Shown here: positions 38,209-50,370 of the stretch, piece by piece
Layout: every line of letters begins with the position of its first letter
Position numbering within the stretch: position 1 is the first letter of the stretch
Assembly (NCBI GenBank): GCA_963514005.1
Contig: OY740783.1
Span: forward strand, 64,790,001 to 64,854,000
DNA length: 64,000 nt
Direction: 5' to 3'
DNA from: Raja brachyura
Taxonomy: Eukaryota
Translations under genes and position numbers: made by a program
The notes under the pieces: model-generated
Database searches by the model: none
The model's input: only the letters and a program-made list of their open reading frames with translations
What the model was told of the DNA's origin: nothing

Positions 38209-39118
38209 CTGAATAGAGGCACGCAGAGATGGGGGATGGGGACAAAAATAAACATCATCAACTCAGTTCACAAAGCTTTAAATGAATAGCAGAAAATGTT
38301 TTTGCCTCTTTCCTCCACCTCTAAAAATCTGACTTTTACAAATAATTCATTTTAGTAACTTGTAAACATACAAATGAATGATACAGCTTTTCTCTGTAGC
38401 ATAGAAAGAATGGTAATTTATTATTAAATAGTTGACTGAACTCAATATAGTACGAGATATAACGGTCCTATTTTATTATTAGTTAGTTGACTAAGGTCAA
38501 TATTGTATGAAGTAAAGTTAAAAGTCACTTGAAACCATATTAGAAAGTGTATTTTTTAAAGACAAGATAATTTTTGTTTATCTGTTTCTTTATGTTCTTT
38601 AGTTAATAAACAATGTTTACAAAGCAGCAAGACGTAACTAAGGATGGAATGGTCATCCCCAACAGTGTTTTCATCTTGATATTCAGATTAAAAAAATTAT
38701 AGAATTCAAGAAAGTGCAGGAAATGCTACCCCATCCCATTTCAGCATCACCTTCTCTGGTCCATAGAAGTATATGAATAAAGATACTTGATTGCATCCTT
38801 TTTCAGGTCAAATATAATATCCACCCTACCCAAGTAATGGATCAGTAGATATATGCAACATATTTTATAAACTCCTTTGAATATAATTGGATTCTGACGA
38901 GATTTCGATCAAAGAATTAGGATCAAAGTTTTGTCCTTTACTGAAAGGCAAAGATTTGTTCGAGGTTCACGAAAGGTCAATAATTTGAGTTATTATTGCG
39001 GCTATTACAGAATGAAGCCCCGAGACAAGAGAATCCCATATCCTGTACAAGTCCTGTCGTTGAAATCAGCTTGGGTTGCGCTTCATGGTTTCCCTGCCAT
39101 TCTAGCTCAGTTGCTTAC

Positions 39119-39240
39119 CTGCGAAGTTTCCCACTGCTGTTCTTGGTGGTTCCGCCTAATATTAGCTCCTCTTGCCAATGCATGTACTTTTTAGACAGCC
39201 CCTGGCAACCACCACTTAATATACGAGGAATATCAAGAGG
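39119..39240 (-). CDS. PTCH1: PTCH1 exon 7 (122 nt): [40 protein letters not shown]
   Basis: Manual translation; tacag acceptor, GTAAGC donor. Confidence 0.96.
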
Positions 39241-39483
39241 CTGTAAATATAAGCATCAGATGCGATTATATAACTAGAATATGATTACATAAATAACTTG
39301 CAAGTTCATTAGAATTTACAATTTTTAATTCTAATAGCAGTTTTATTACCTTTGGTACAGCAATACCCAAGGATGATATTTAACACATTGCAAATCAAAA
39401 ATCCAGTAAAATACACAATAACCCTGATTTGAATGAAACAACTGCACAGAAATACAAGTAGAATATCTGGCATAACTGCTTAC

Positions 39484-39682
39484 CGTTGTTGAGTTTTTGT
39501 TCGGGGCAGTAGACGGGCAGTCAGGATCCGCAGGGTTCAGGCAAGGGCGATCCATGTAACCATGTCCCACACCAGCCTTGGTCAGCATTTCTTCCCCAAT
39601 ATCCACATCATGCTTTAGGTCCTTTAACTCCTTCAGGAATTCTATGGGGTCAAGATTTGTCCATTGCAACTGTGGCTTCCCT
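39484..39682 (-). CDS. PTCH1: PTCH1 exon 6 (199 nt): [12 protein letters not shown]...[28 protein letters not shown]
   Basis: Within ORF 39346..39696; gacag acceptor, GTAAGC donor. Confidence 0.97.
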
Positions 39683-39814
39683 CTGTCAAGAAACAAATTG
39701 CATCTTTCAGCAAACCTGCACTAGTGGTAGTTGCTTATGAACTTAAACATTGGCAATTTGTTTGTTACCATTTGAGTATAGATCAAAAATAAGATAATTG
39801 GTTCAGTTATTTGG

Positions 39815-40130
39815 GAGGCATAGTGGCACATCTAGCAGTTGTAGTGACACAGATTCAGTCTGACTTCCCATCTTCCTGCGTGGTGTTGGCATGTTCGCTG
39901 CGTGGTGCATGGGTTTCGTCTAGGTGCTTTAATTCCGTCTCACATTAAAAAATAGCCAGTGTTGCTATGTTAATTGTTATTGTAAATTATTGTTCTTGTA
40001 AACGAGTGAAAGAATCAAGGAGCTGATGGGAATACAGAGAGAATGGGTTACACGTAAAGTTAGTGGGGAAATTAGATTGACCTGTGAGCAGGTATAGATT
40101 CATTGGCAGAGTGGCTTCCTATCTTATGAG
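39815..40130 (+). mobile_element. Degenerate V-SINE (HE1-like, tRNA-derived head)
   Basis: GGCATAGTGGCACA head, then GCATGTTC...GCATGGGTTTCGTCTAGGTGCTTTAATTCCGTCTCACATT resembling the V-domain. Confidence 0.55.
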
Positions 40131-42108
40131 GAGATATTGCATGAACTAACTGACTCAATGGAGCATAAATGCCAGCACATCGTAATCGGTAAATTATATG
40201 CAAAAATGTTAGCGGTTCATTAGGATGCCATATGAATTCAGATATTTATACACGGGGCCAGTACTCATTGAGCTTCTCACAAACCCACAGCGGATATGCA
40301 AGAGTATTTCCCACTAAAACTGTGTCAAGCTTGACTTAGTACAACAGAAAGCCAATTTATTTTATTGGAGACAATCGACAGCGACAGACCAAATTCGCAC
40401 AAACAAGTTCCTGACATTGGTTTCTGAGCAATGATATCCGGTGGTGCAAAAGTCTTGCTGATGTAAATCGTAAGCCCTAAACACAGAAATACTTGGAAAG
40501 CAAAACAAGGCAAGTTTATCGACTAAGTAAACTATGCAGGAACTTGAATTTTTATGAATGTACCCGAGCTTCACAAATGTCACAAAGTATTCACAATCTA
40601 CTAATACGAATCATTGAATTACAAATATAATTATTTAAAATGAAAGATTCTAAAAAGTCTATTAACATAGAAAAACAAGACAATTAAATTAACTCAATTA
40701 ATTACAAAAATATCTACATTACACAGACCTCTCCTCTGTTTCTCACAAATGTTCCTCTTCACTGAAATTAAGAGATCTGCTGAACCAGAGCCAGGTCTGA
40801 TGTGACAGAGTCCAGCATCCACATTTTCCGGTGGAAACTGCGAGAAGCTGCAGGAAGTCTGCCTATGCCACTGGTCTCCACAAGGAGTGCAGCAGTCAGT
40901 GACCAGGACCTCTTGGGATGTTAGGACCATCCACATTTGCATAAATGAGCCTCAGAAGTCGCATGGATTGTTAACAGAGCCTGCTTGCATAGATATAATG
41001 CACTGATGAAATAAAGTAAAGAGTTTACTTAAATATTTGTAATACTACAATGTTCTTTCATTATTTCATTTTAATAATATTTACAAAATGTCATTGATTT
41101 TATTATTTGCTCATTGATTTTATAAAATTGCCAATGTTTGGGTGACATTCAGAACCGTTCAAATTTGTTGAAAGATTTTACAGTTTTGGCTAAGTTTGTG
41201 GACATGACTGAAGTGTTTTTTTTTTTGCTGCCTCAGGGGCTTGTTCTGGACCTGCATTTGCCAGATCCATCAATTTAATTCAAATGACCCTCCATTGTAC
41301 ATGAAATGGGCTAGGTTTTCATGTTAGGAGAGTGGCCAGACTACAGACAAAGTTATAATTTTGTTTGTCAGGACTAAAGGAATTTAAAAATAAAAAGGCA
41401 TATTATTACATGAATTTTACCGCTAAACAGAAGCCCAATGAATACGGAGTATTGTAATTTAAAATAAGTGCCAAATTAATAATACTGAATTTACCATTTG
41501 GCTGTGAAATTTAAATTTATTCTACCACCTTTGCTGTAAATTTTAGCAATATGTTTAATTTGGTATTTTCAACAGTAAGCTTAACAATAAAGGTTAACGA
41601 TGGACATCTGTGAAATTGTTATCACAAATACACTATTTTAAAGAGATTGGACTGGAATTCAAAAATGTCTTAATTCACTATTATTTTACAAACAAAATTT
41701 TAAAAAATAGCACGCACTAAAATTCTTCCGTATACAATGGGTTAAAATGAATTTCGAGGCCTCAGAGTTGTTGAAGTGTTGAAAAAGTGATATGCAGGTG
41801 CTGTGGCTTCTGATTAAGATTCATTTTTGATCTGCATCAAGAGGGAGGCTAACGCATTTCCCAGGAGAAATGATAGAAAGTTAAGTGAACGCTAGCACCT
41901 CCTAGCAGCTTCCAGCATCAATGTATGGCTATGGTCCCATCTTCTCCCAGGCACTTAACTTAGGCGAGGTTCAATAAAATCAAAAAGTTGTCACAATAAT
42001 AGGTTGAGGATAAAAATATTAACATTTAATAATGACGAGAATGTGGAGCATAAGTTCTACTATAGTGCCTACATTTCTTCAAATTAGATTAAGAGTTTTA
42101 TTGTCATA

Positions 42109-42495
42109 CTAGGCCAAGGGGGACCCATCGGGTCCCATCCCCTCAACGCGTGGTTGCGGGGGGGGGGGGCCTTCAGCGTCACACACACACACACTAACCC
42201 CCCCGCCCCCCCTTGATATTATATTAATATTATTTATTCGCTCCTTTTACCCCATCCCCCACCCTATCCATTCACGCGTAACCCCCAGCTGCTCAGGCGC
42301 AGCGTCACAGGGGAGGGCTGGTTCCCGATTTACCTCATGATTTTTGAGATCATGAAGTAAATCTCTACCGGAATATGTAAAAATGTCACCTTTACCGCAT
42401 CGGGTGTTCGAGGAGATGTGAATCAAAGAAAAAGTTCAAGCAAGCAAGCAAGCCCACAACTAAACATCCAAGATCAGAGTTTTATAATATAATAA
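42109..42495 (-). mobile_element. Short non-autonomous Helitron-like element with both ends
   Basis: Minus strand 5' TATTATATTATAAAACTCTGATCTTG (shared with 45725-45751); 3' hairpin GGGACCC-GAT-GGGTCCC (42120-42136), then CTTGGCCTAG followed by T; no TSD. Confidence 0.75.
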
Positions 42496-43799
42496 ACAGG
42501 CACATTAAACGTAACAATTCAACAAATAAATGTACAATAAATGAATGATCAGTTATTTCTATGTAAACACCAAACATTTGGCTGCCATCATCCTCAAAAT
42601 ATTCCTGTTCCCAAAGTTCAATCTTTTTTAATACAATTCCTATTACACCGGATAAGCAATTCCAAACTTTGTCTGAATGCTACACTGGTTAATGCTGAGA
42701 GATAAATTAGTTCTGAATACACAAGTTCCGCCAGTCTACACACTTTCTGTCTATTACAAATAATCTTTCTATCATAACAAGTTGTCATTTTTACACATTG
42801 ACAGAGTAAAATAAAAAATCCAATTGAATCACCAGATCATGACATAATGTCTTCTGTATTACAATAAGAAAAGCTGTTTTTATTCTTGAATCAATCATAG
42901 TACCTTACCTTTATTACTGCTAATGATACCTTACTTCTTTATGCTTTTTGACAGCCTGGCAATCGACCAACATCCCCCCCTTTTGAATTTCTTCCTGCTG
43001 CTGACAGATTAGAGAAGCTTTTGGCTGGGTTACTTTGTGGTTCAAACCACATTGTATCTGCCTAACCAGGCTTGAGTTATTATTTCAATTCTCCCAACCA
43101 GAAAACACAAACCTCTTATTTACAATTCAATTTTTACATTATCAATTCCTTGCCCCTGCCTACTTTTCCAACAAACTTTCAATCACTCAGGAAAAAAACA
43201 TGATTTGAATTGGGAATCAGAATTTCGTAAATCTATACATTCTGTGAGTGAAACACTAAATCCAACTGACTGATAAACAGCCACATGTGAGAAAATATGT
43301 TTTCACTACTCTCTGCTAATTGATGTCAGCAGCCAAATGTCTTTGCTGATTGATGGGAATGGATAGTGGAACAGAGGCTAATGCCACTAAAGTATTAGCT
43401 ATGTGAACTGAGTAGAAAGGTTGCAGGGTAAATATTTGTTCAAGCCCCACTTTGGGCACCGCCAGGAGATCTGAGCCTTGGACAAAAATGGCCCTTGAAC
43501 CTGTTAATTGCTTGAGCTGCCGGTTCTTGTCAGGATGGCACAGGCAGCTGAGCAAGCTGAAGAAATAAACACCAGGCCACTTGCCTCACTGGTAGTTGGG
43601 AGGGTTGGGTTTGAGGGGTTTTCGAGCACCATTTTGAATACCATGGAGTTGAGGAGCAGGCTATTCCTCCTGGATCAACGTCAACAGCCAGTGAAGAACA
43701 GGTGCTGACCCTGCCTTGATGTATGTCTGATTTCTCCATGACAACCTAAACAAGTGTCAAACCTACATGCACGTAGGTTCTAAGACAATCTGCTTAAAA

Positions 43800-44010
43800 G
43801 ATACCTCAACTGGCCCTGATTGGTCCTATTCATTTCTCGCCTCCAGCTCCTCAAACATCCCCCCCCCTCTAATTTCAGTCTGATGAAGGGTCCTGACCCA
43901 GAACATCACCCATCCTTATTCTCCAGGGATGCTGCCTGACCTGCTGAGTTATTCCAGTACTTTGTGTCTATCTTTGGTATAAACCAGCATCTGCAATTAT
44001 TTGTTTCTGA
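43800..44010 (+). mobile_element. Penelope-like pLTR fragment, antisense to PTCH1, hammerhead core mutated
   Basis: CAGTCTGATGAAGGGTCCTGACCCAGAACATCACC...GATGCTGCCTGACCTGCTGAGTTATTCCAGTAC. Confidence 0.8.
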
Positions 44011-44436
44011 CTCTTTAGGATCAGTTGCTTTTCAGGTGTCTTTGGACCATAAGGTCTTAGTGCTTCATAGCACTTGAGTTCATAGCACCTATTTCTGTCC
44101 ATAAAGCAAGCACATTAAGGTCCTATTGTTAACCTTATCTGTTTAAAATATATTAGGTCAAGGCATTAATAACCTTGATTATTAATGGTAATAGTATTGG
44201 ACATACCAAAGTGGAAATTGATATATCAGCAAGATCTTCTGGTTAATGTCCTTGCGAAGATACTCAAATATGCTGAACCTATTTTGTATTTGTATTTTGC
44301 CTTGTAGGTTGCTTTTCCTTATGAATGATCCAAATATACTTTTTGTAATATAAAATATCAACAAGAAAACTCAGAGGATATTAGCCAGCAATATAAAGTT
44401 GGCATTTATAACAGAAGGCAACAGAGATTTACTTAC

Positions 44437-44528
44437 GGCAGGTAGACTGTTCCCAGTTGTAATCTAGCACCTTCCCAGAAACAGTCCAAGGGTGTGATTA
44501 TCAGACAGGGATACAATTGTTCGATAAA
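44437..44528 (-). CDS. PTCH1: PTCH1 exon 5 (92 nt): [30 protein letters not shown]
   Basis: Patched signature [14 protein letters not shown]; cag acceptor, GTAAGT donor. Confidence 0.97.
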
Positions 44529-44646
44529 CTGGTAAAAACATGGATAAAAATCCGTAAGCTTAATAAGGATAGTCATGATGAAAAGTGAAGTAAAATTTCA
44601 ACACTTTGTGTAACAGTTTAAAATTTTAACAGAATTCTAATTTTAC

Positions 44647-44716
44647 CTGGGCCATCAAAACCCCTTCTGTTACAAGTGCTCCTGATTTATAACACAAGTG
44701 GTCTAAAGTCCACGGT
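44647..44716 (-). CDS. PTCH1: PTCH1 exon 4 (70 nt): KPWTLDHLCYKSGALVTEGVLMAQ
   Basis: Manual translation; AG/GT boundaries; frame joins exons 3 and 5. Confidence 0.95.
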
Positions 44717-44966
44717 CTAAAGGAAAAGGGAAAACGTTTTAGAATGTATAAGAAAAATACGTACACAACTTAAAAATGTGGAAGCAGGATGATTAGGTGG
44801 CAATTCAATAAAATGTCTTGACTCAACTTCACAGACTTAAAAAGGTAGCAGCACCTAAGTGTATTTATCAGTTGAAAAGTCAAATTTCCACAAAAAACAG
44901 ATTTCCTTTGAGTTGGGGCAAAATGTTCTTAACATTTAGAAAGGCGATTAATTCAGTGTAACTTAC

Positions 44967-45156
44967 TTGTTGTACAAATAAACCTGCACTCTGCTGGCTT
45001 TAAGTGCAGAGTCAAGATGTTGCTGCAGTGCTTCAACTGTTAGAATATTAGCACCTTCCTCAGGTGTGGTTTGAATCATGATCTGTGGATTGAACATGGC
45101 CTCCTCCCCTATCTTCTCTCGTGTGTATGATAATTCTCGACTCACTCTGCCACCAA
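44967..45156 (-). CDS. PTCH1: PTCH1 exon 3 (190 nt): [30 protein letters not shown]...VQVYLYN
   Basis: Acceptor ttag (+ strand ct at 45157-58), donor GTAAGT (+ strand acttac 44961-66); overlaps ORF 44963..45145. Confidence 0.97.
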
Positions 45157-45726
45157 CTAAGGGAAAAAATGATTTTTAATAATTATTACTAAAATGACAA
45201 TGTTGGTATACAAATTACATGCAATTTCATAATTAATGATTACCAATAAATAGTTACATATAACTTCAAAATGTATACTTTAAAATGACATGACTGCATT
45301 CCTGATGCAATGTATGAAGAAAATGAGAAGTAAAATTGATCAAATTTTAAAAATCAAAAATAAACAAAAACAAAAGTAGTCTGGATGCAATTTACAACAC
45401 TTTTGAGTTTTCTGGTATTAGATTCAGACTGGCACACCCATATTGCGAAATATATTTGATGCAACATATTGCATCAAAATAAGCACAAAAAACAACAAAT
45501 GGTCATTTCCCATTTAAAACAACACTGACATCCATATAGCCATTTCCATTATTGTTCCGGAAAGATGCATGCTTAAAGATCAGGAGGCATCAATCACATT
45601 GAAAATAGTTGAGGAGAAAGTAGTCAAATTCTCAGATCTTAATTTACACATGTGACTAAATTCAATGACCAGATGATCATCCTGTGCTGCGCTTCAACCC
45701 ATCACAATCGGGTCCGACTTGGTCTA

Positions 45727-46703
45727 TTATATTACTAAAACTCTCATCTTGTTTGTGTATATTCGTGCGTGCGTGTGCATGATATCTCAAAACCCGCCAA
45801 AACGGTACACGATAGCGCTACAATTTTTACCCTACCTTACTCACCATCGTCCAGTGATGTAAATGAAACAAGTTTCGTTCGGATTGATGGTATATTTTAT
45901 GTTATTGACATTTTAGACTTTACAAAAATCAGTTTTCAAACCACTTTTTCACTTGCCCTGCCCGTCAGCCCTGTTACAATGGGATCCCGAATATAATTTA
46001 CTTTTTCTTTTTTTAAATCGCGATTTAAATAAAACCCCTCAGTTTTAATCAAATTCTTCCGTTTACATTGACAGGTAAAATGATATTTAAGTTATTTAGA
46101 ATAAAAAACGCGATTTTCAGTTTCATTTTCTTTTTTTTTTAAAACATCGTGATTTTCATTGGGTTGGGATACGGGATTTTCATTGGGTTGGGTTTCATTG
46201 TTTTAAAAACATTGTTATTTTCATTGTGGGGGGGTGGAATAGGGAGAAGGTGAGGAATGGGGGATAGAGGGAGAGGAGGGGTAGGAGGGAGTGGGGAGAT
46301 AGCGAGTGGGCAGGGGGGGATAGAAGGGGAGGAGGGTGGAGTAGGCAGATAGAGGGAGGGGAGGGGGGCAGGGAGGGGAGAGGGGTTATGGAGGGAGTGA
46401 CTGAGGGTAGGGGAAAGGAGAGGGAGGGAGAGAGAGGGAGTGGGGAGGAGAGGAGGAGAGGGGAAAGAAGAGGGAGGGTGAAGAGGGGAGGGAGTGCTGG
46501 GGGTGAGGGGGAATGGAGGATAGGGGTAGGAAGAGGGATGGCGAGACGCAGTTGATGGAGGGTAGCCATGACTCGTGTCACAACGGGGATTTCTGGAGTC
46601 ACAACGGGAACCCCTCAGCCACTGCAGTGCAGTTGGGGCCTATGGGTCAGTGGTGGAATATTGCCTTGGGGAACGGGCCCCAAAGGGTCTGCACCTGGTC
46701 TCA
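45727..46703 (+). mobile_element. Non-autonomous Helitron-like element (~1 kb) with G/A-rich internal tract
   Basis: 5' TATATTACTAAAACTCTCATCTTG; 3' GGAATATTGCCTTGGGGAACGGGCCCCAAAGGGTCTGCACCTGGTCTC, a degenerate version of the family end; purine-rich tract at about 46240-46540. Confidence 0.7.
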
Positions 46704-48049
46704 TTCTTTCTAAAATATTGTACAAAAAGTGCTTCAATCTATTACCATCTTTATTGCTTGGGCATTAAGTATTGCTTGAGAGAATGGGAGAGATTAACCT
46801 TGGATGAGGTTGCATGCCATCAGCAGAGCCTTCTGTTTGATTAATGCAAAGCAAACTGGACAGGTTCGCTAATTGATAGGCAATTCACCAACCCCTTTAT
46901 ATCCAGACAGATGGTATACACAAAGGTTTACTCTAATGTCTCTTGATAAATCATAAAATTAAGTAATGCACTTTAGCACTAACATACTCAATTGTACTTC
47001 AAGATGCAGTTTGGCGATTTGGTACCAGCTAAAAAAAATCCAAATATCCTCAATTTATTTAACTATTTGCAGCTTAGATATTAATCATGTGTTATGTAAA
47101 TTGCAAGAAGAAATTCTTATGTTTTACATTTTACTTTTCCATTTAAGAAAAACTTGTGTACACAGTGACCAAAGATACATTTCAAGTTTCACAATGCTAA
47201 GTTTGCACATTAAAAAATTACTTTTCCAAATATTTATAACTATCATTTCCAATTTAAATATTTGCCTGTCAGTTTGTTGATGTATTATAATTATCCAAAA
47301 TATTAAAATATTTTTCTTAGTAACAAAATTATAATGTTCAAAGTTTAAACAACATTTTCAATAACATTTTACAGAAGATTAACTTTGTTATTCAATTTCT
47401 TTTAAACTTTATACTTCCCGTCCCTCCAGAAGAGATGCCGAATGCATCTACATATTTAACAAACTGTCAGCATTTAATAAGAGAAAATTATAAAAAATGT
47501 GGTCACCCTGTTAATACTTGGGAGCTTCAAACAAATTTAACTTAATAGAATCAAGTCCCAAAGATTTATTTTGGGTCAATTGCACTTCAGAACTTTGCTA
47601 TCACACCTTAACATGGGAGTGAAGTTTGTTTGTGGGAATGGATTTATTTTCTTTCCAAAATGGTGTTCGTCCTTAATTCTCCACCTAAAGCCAAACACCT
47701 GTAGGAATCCTCCTGAAACCACACAATCCGATTTGCTGGTATGGACTTCTAAACCATGGTGAAGCAATCCCAAATTCAGGAATCTCAACACAATGTCAGA
47801 GTTTCAGTCTGCTACTAATCCAATTTTAATCGGTATTCCTGATAATACCAACAAAAGAACACACCTTTCCTTATGAAATATGACAGACTGTGAACAGCAC
47901 CACCTGTGTGTTGGTGGATGTTTTAGTATTCTCTTCTTTCAGTTTAATATGGTTATTACATGCATGGTAAGCTCAGGTTTTAATTTGGCAGCTTCTTCTT
48001 CTGAGGTTATCCCTCAAGATTCAGGATAAACTGTTCCAGCTTTTTTCTG

Positions 48050-49250
48050 GGTTATGGGCTGCCTAATGAGGCCAATGTGGGAACGGATTACTCTTCTGCA
48101 GATGGGGCTACAGGGCTGGTGGATGGGTAGTTTGAGATAAGGATATCTGTATACAGGGCCTCGGTAACCTCAGATAAACTAGGAACTCTTTCTTAAAACC
48201 ATTCCAAATGTTCCTCTGCTTTGAGTGGTCGCAGAGCAGAAATTCCCAGGAGCTGGTGGAGGTGTTGCCTTCCTTCAAGGTGTCTTTGAGCACATGCTTG
48301 AACATTTCCCTTTGTCTGCCTGAAACTTCTCAGCTTCCTGAACCATGCGTTCAACATCTTCCTTGCTGAAGCGACACTGGTTGTTTGTGATGGTGGTCTT
48401 ATTTTTGTTTCCAGTATGATTTGGGAGCCTGGTAGCAAGCATGTGAATAACATGCTCTGCTGAATATATCCAATTGAGTATAACTGGTGTCTCAATAAAG
48501 AGGATATTGGCCTAAAGGCAGACACTGACATTGATTCATTTGATATTTCTAGTGAATTTGGAGCGGCGGCTTTGCTGTTATTTTTCCAATGTCTTAGAAA
48601 CACAGAAAATAGATGCAGGAGTAGGCCATTCTGCCCGTTGAGCCAGCATTGCCATTTAATATGATCATGGCTGATCATCCAAAATCAGTGGATGTATATT
48701 GTAAATAATCCAGGCCTCAGAAGAGCATGGAAGGTGGGGATCACTGCAGTCCTGTATTCTATGATTTTGATGCCAGGGCTGAGGTCTTGATCTACAGATA
48801 CCCGTTTTTCCCCAGTGAAAGACTCTGCTGATGTATCGAAGGCAATAGTAAATCTCATTGTCTTCTATGAAAGGTAGCTTCTGACATATGGGAATTTGTC
48901 CCTGTTTTCCAGGGTCTCAGCGTGAAACATAATTGGAGAGCAAAGATAAGTTAATAGGGGAATTGTTGTCTTGTGGATGTTGAATATAAAGGTCTATTCT
49001 CTCGTATACTTCACTGAATGAGTCAGCGATGGCTAGAGCTTAGCTTCCAAATATGTGCAAATGCATGCACAGGATAACCTTGGTCTTGAAGTGTAGTTGC
49101 TGAAGGCTGAATAGCTTCTCTTTAGTTCTGAAGGATAGCAACACTCCCACGCGAAATTGATTAGAGGTGAGGTGCAACTATGTGGTCAGATAGATTCAGA
49201 AAAGGGTTGAGCAATCATGCAGCATTTGGTCTGCCCACTCAGATGGACTA
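48050..49250 (-). mobile_element. Highly degraded RTE-clade LINE with a nested CR1 3' tail (48595-48690)
   Basis: Minus-strand [31 protein letters not shown] parallels RFKDALKAS...SWET..KDRKLWR of the RTE copy at 55476-56195; boundaries approximate. Confidence 0.5.
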
Positions 49251-49344
49251 AAAAAAAAATAGATAAAACATCCCATGCCACCATTCCCATAGAACATGTA
49301 TTGTGTCTTTGCTTGTACTGACTATTCAATCATCATCACTAAAA

Positions 49345-49440
49345 GAGATTATCTGACTATCTCTTTGCTATTTATGGGAACTCACTACTTGAAAACTGGC
49401 AGCTGCATTTCCAACATTACAATCATAACAGCCTCATTGG
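49345..49440 (+). mobile_element. Possible Deu-SINE (SacSINE1/AmnSINE-like) remnant
   Basis: GATTATCTGAC...TTGCTATTTATGGGA...TGGCAGCTGCATTTCCAACATTACAA resembles the recalled Deu-domain 3' part; weaker similar remnants near 15870-15905 and 16230-16380. Confidence 0.4.
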
Positions 49441-49659
49441 GCGGAATCTAACTAGTTTTACTGTAGCTATTCCTTTCGAGTCTAATATTTCTAAAATACT
49501 TTGTAAATGGCACATGGCAAACTTGGTAATTCATTCATTAGTCTTCTACTTGACAATATTATTAGAACGAGAAGCGTGTACAACATGTATTCTGTAGATC
49601 GGAATCAACATTTTAGAGCACAACAAAATCAATTCTCATATTACAACTTAGACACGCAA

Positions 49660-50370
49660 AACTACAGAGATGTTGACATCTTTTGCTTTTGATGTTGATG
49701 TCTGACATCCTCCACATCAGCTGGAGGAACTCAGTGGATCAGGCAGCATCTGCGGAGGGAATGGACAGATGATGTATTGGGCCGGAACCCTTCTTCAGTC
49801 TGATGGAGTTGGGGGGGGGGGGGGGGGTAAGATGGAAACGAGGGGCGAGGTGGGGCCAAGCATGGAATGTGATCGGTGGCAAGGGGGGCTGATTGGCAGA
49901 TGGGTAGCTTATAACTCAACAGTAGGAACATTGAATTCTCCAATTCCATGCAAAGCACCCCCCTCCCACCTTTCTCTGCCTCCACCCTAACTAGTAGACA
50001 CACAATTCTCCCACACCCTAGTCACCCTGCTCCTTTCCTCACTTCCATACTGTCATCTCCCATCCTTTTTTTAATCCCTCGCTTTCCCCTCCTTCCACCC
50101 TTTCTACCCATACCCTTCACTTCAGCTTTACATTCCACTTCTCATCTGACACCCCTTTGTCTCCTTTTCATATTTAGCCTTTGTCACTTACTCCACCCAT
50201 GGGTCAATCACCACTCCCTTATTTCACCTTTATCCACCCATCACTCGCCAGACTCGTCCCCAGCCCTACCTCCCATTTCCAGCTTTCTGCTCCATCAATC
50301 TGAAGAATAGTTCCAACCGAAACATTTCCCTCCACAGATGCTGCCTGATCAGCAAAGTTCCCCCAGCATT
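49660..50370. mobile_element. Penelope-like element: inverted pair (minus-strand 3' piece joined to plus-strand ORF end and 3' UTR)
   Basis: 49721-49800 is the reverse complement of 50295-50370; AACATTGAATTCTCCAATTCC (NIEFSN) at about 49927 matches the PLE ORF end. Confidence 0.8.

Noticed and set aside
43878-43910. Second active hammerhead ribozyme
   Set aside because: CUGAUGA and stem II are intact, but GAAAC-GUC is mutated to AGAAC-AUC, and the copy is antisense to PTCH1.
45455-45478. 10-bp inverted repeat TTTGATGCAA/TTGCATCAAA
   Set aside because: Short and AT-rich; plausible by chance in 64 kb.
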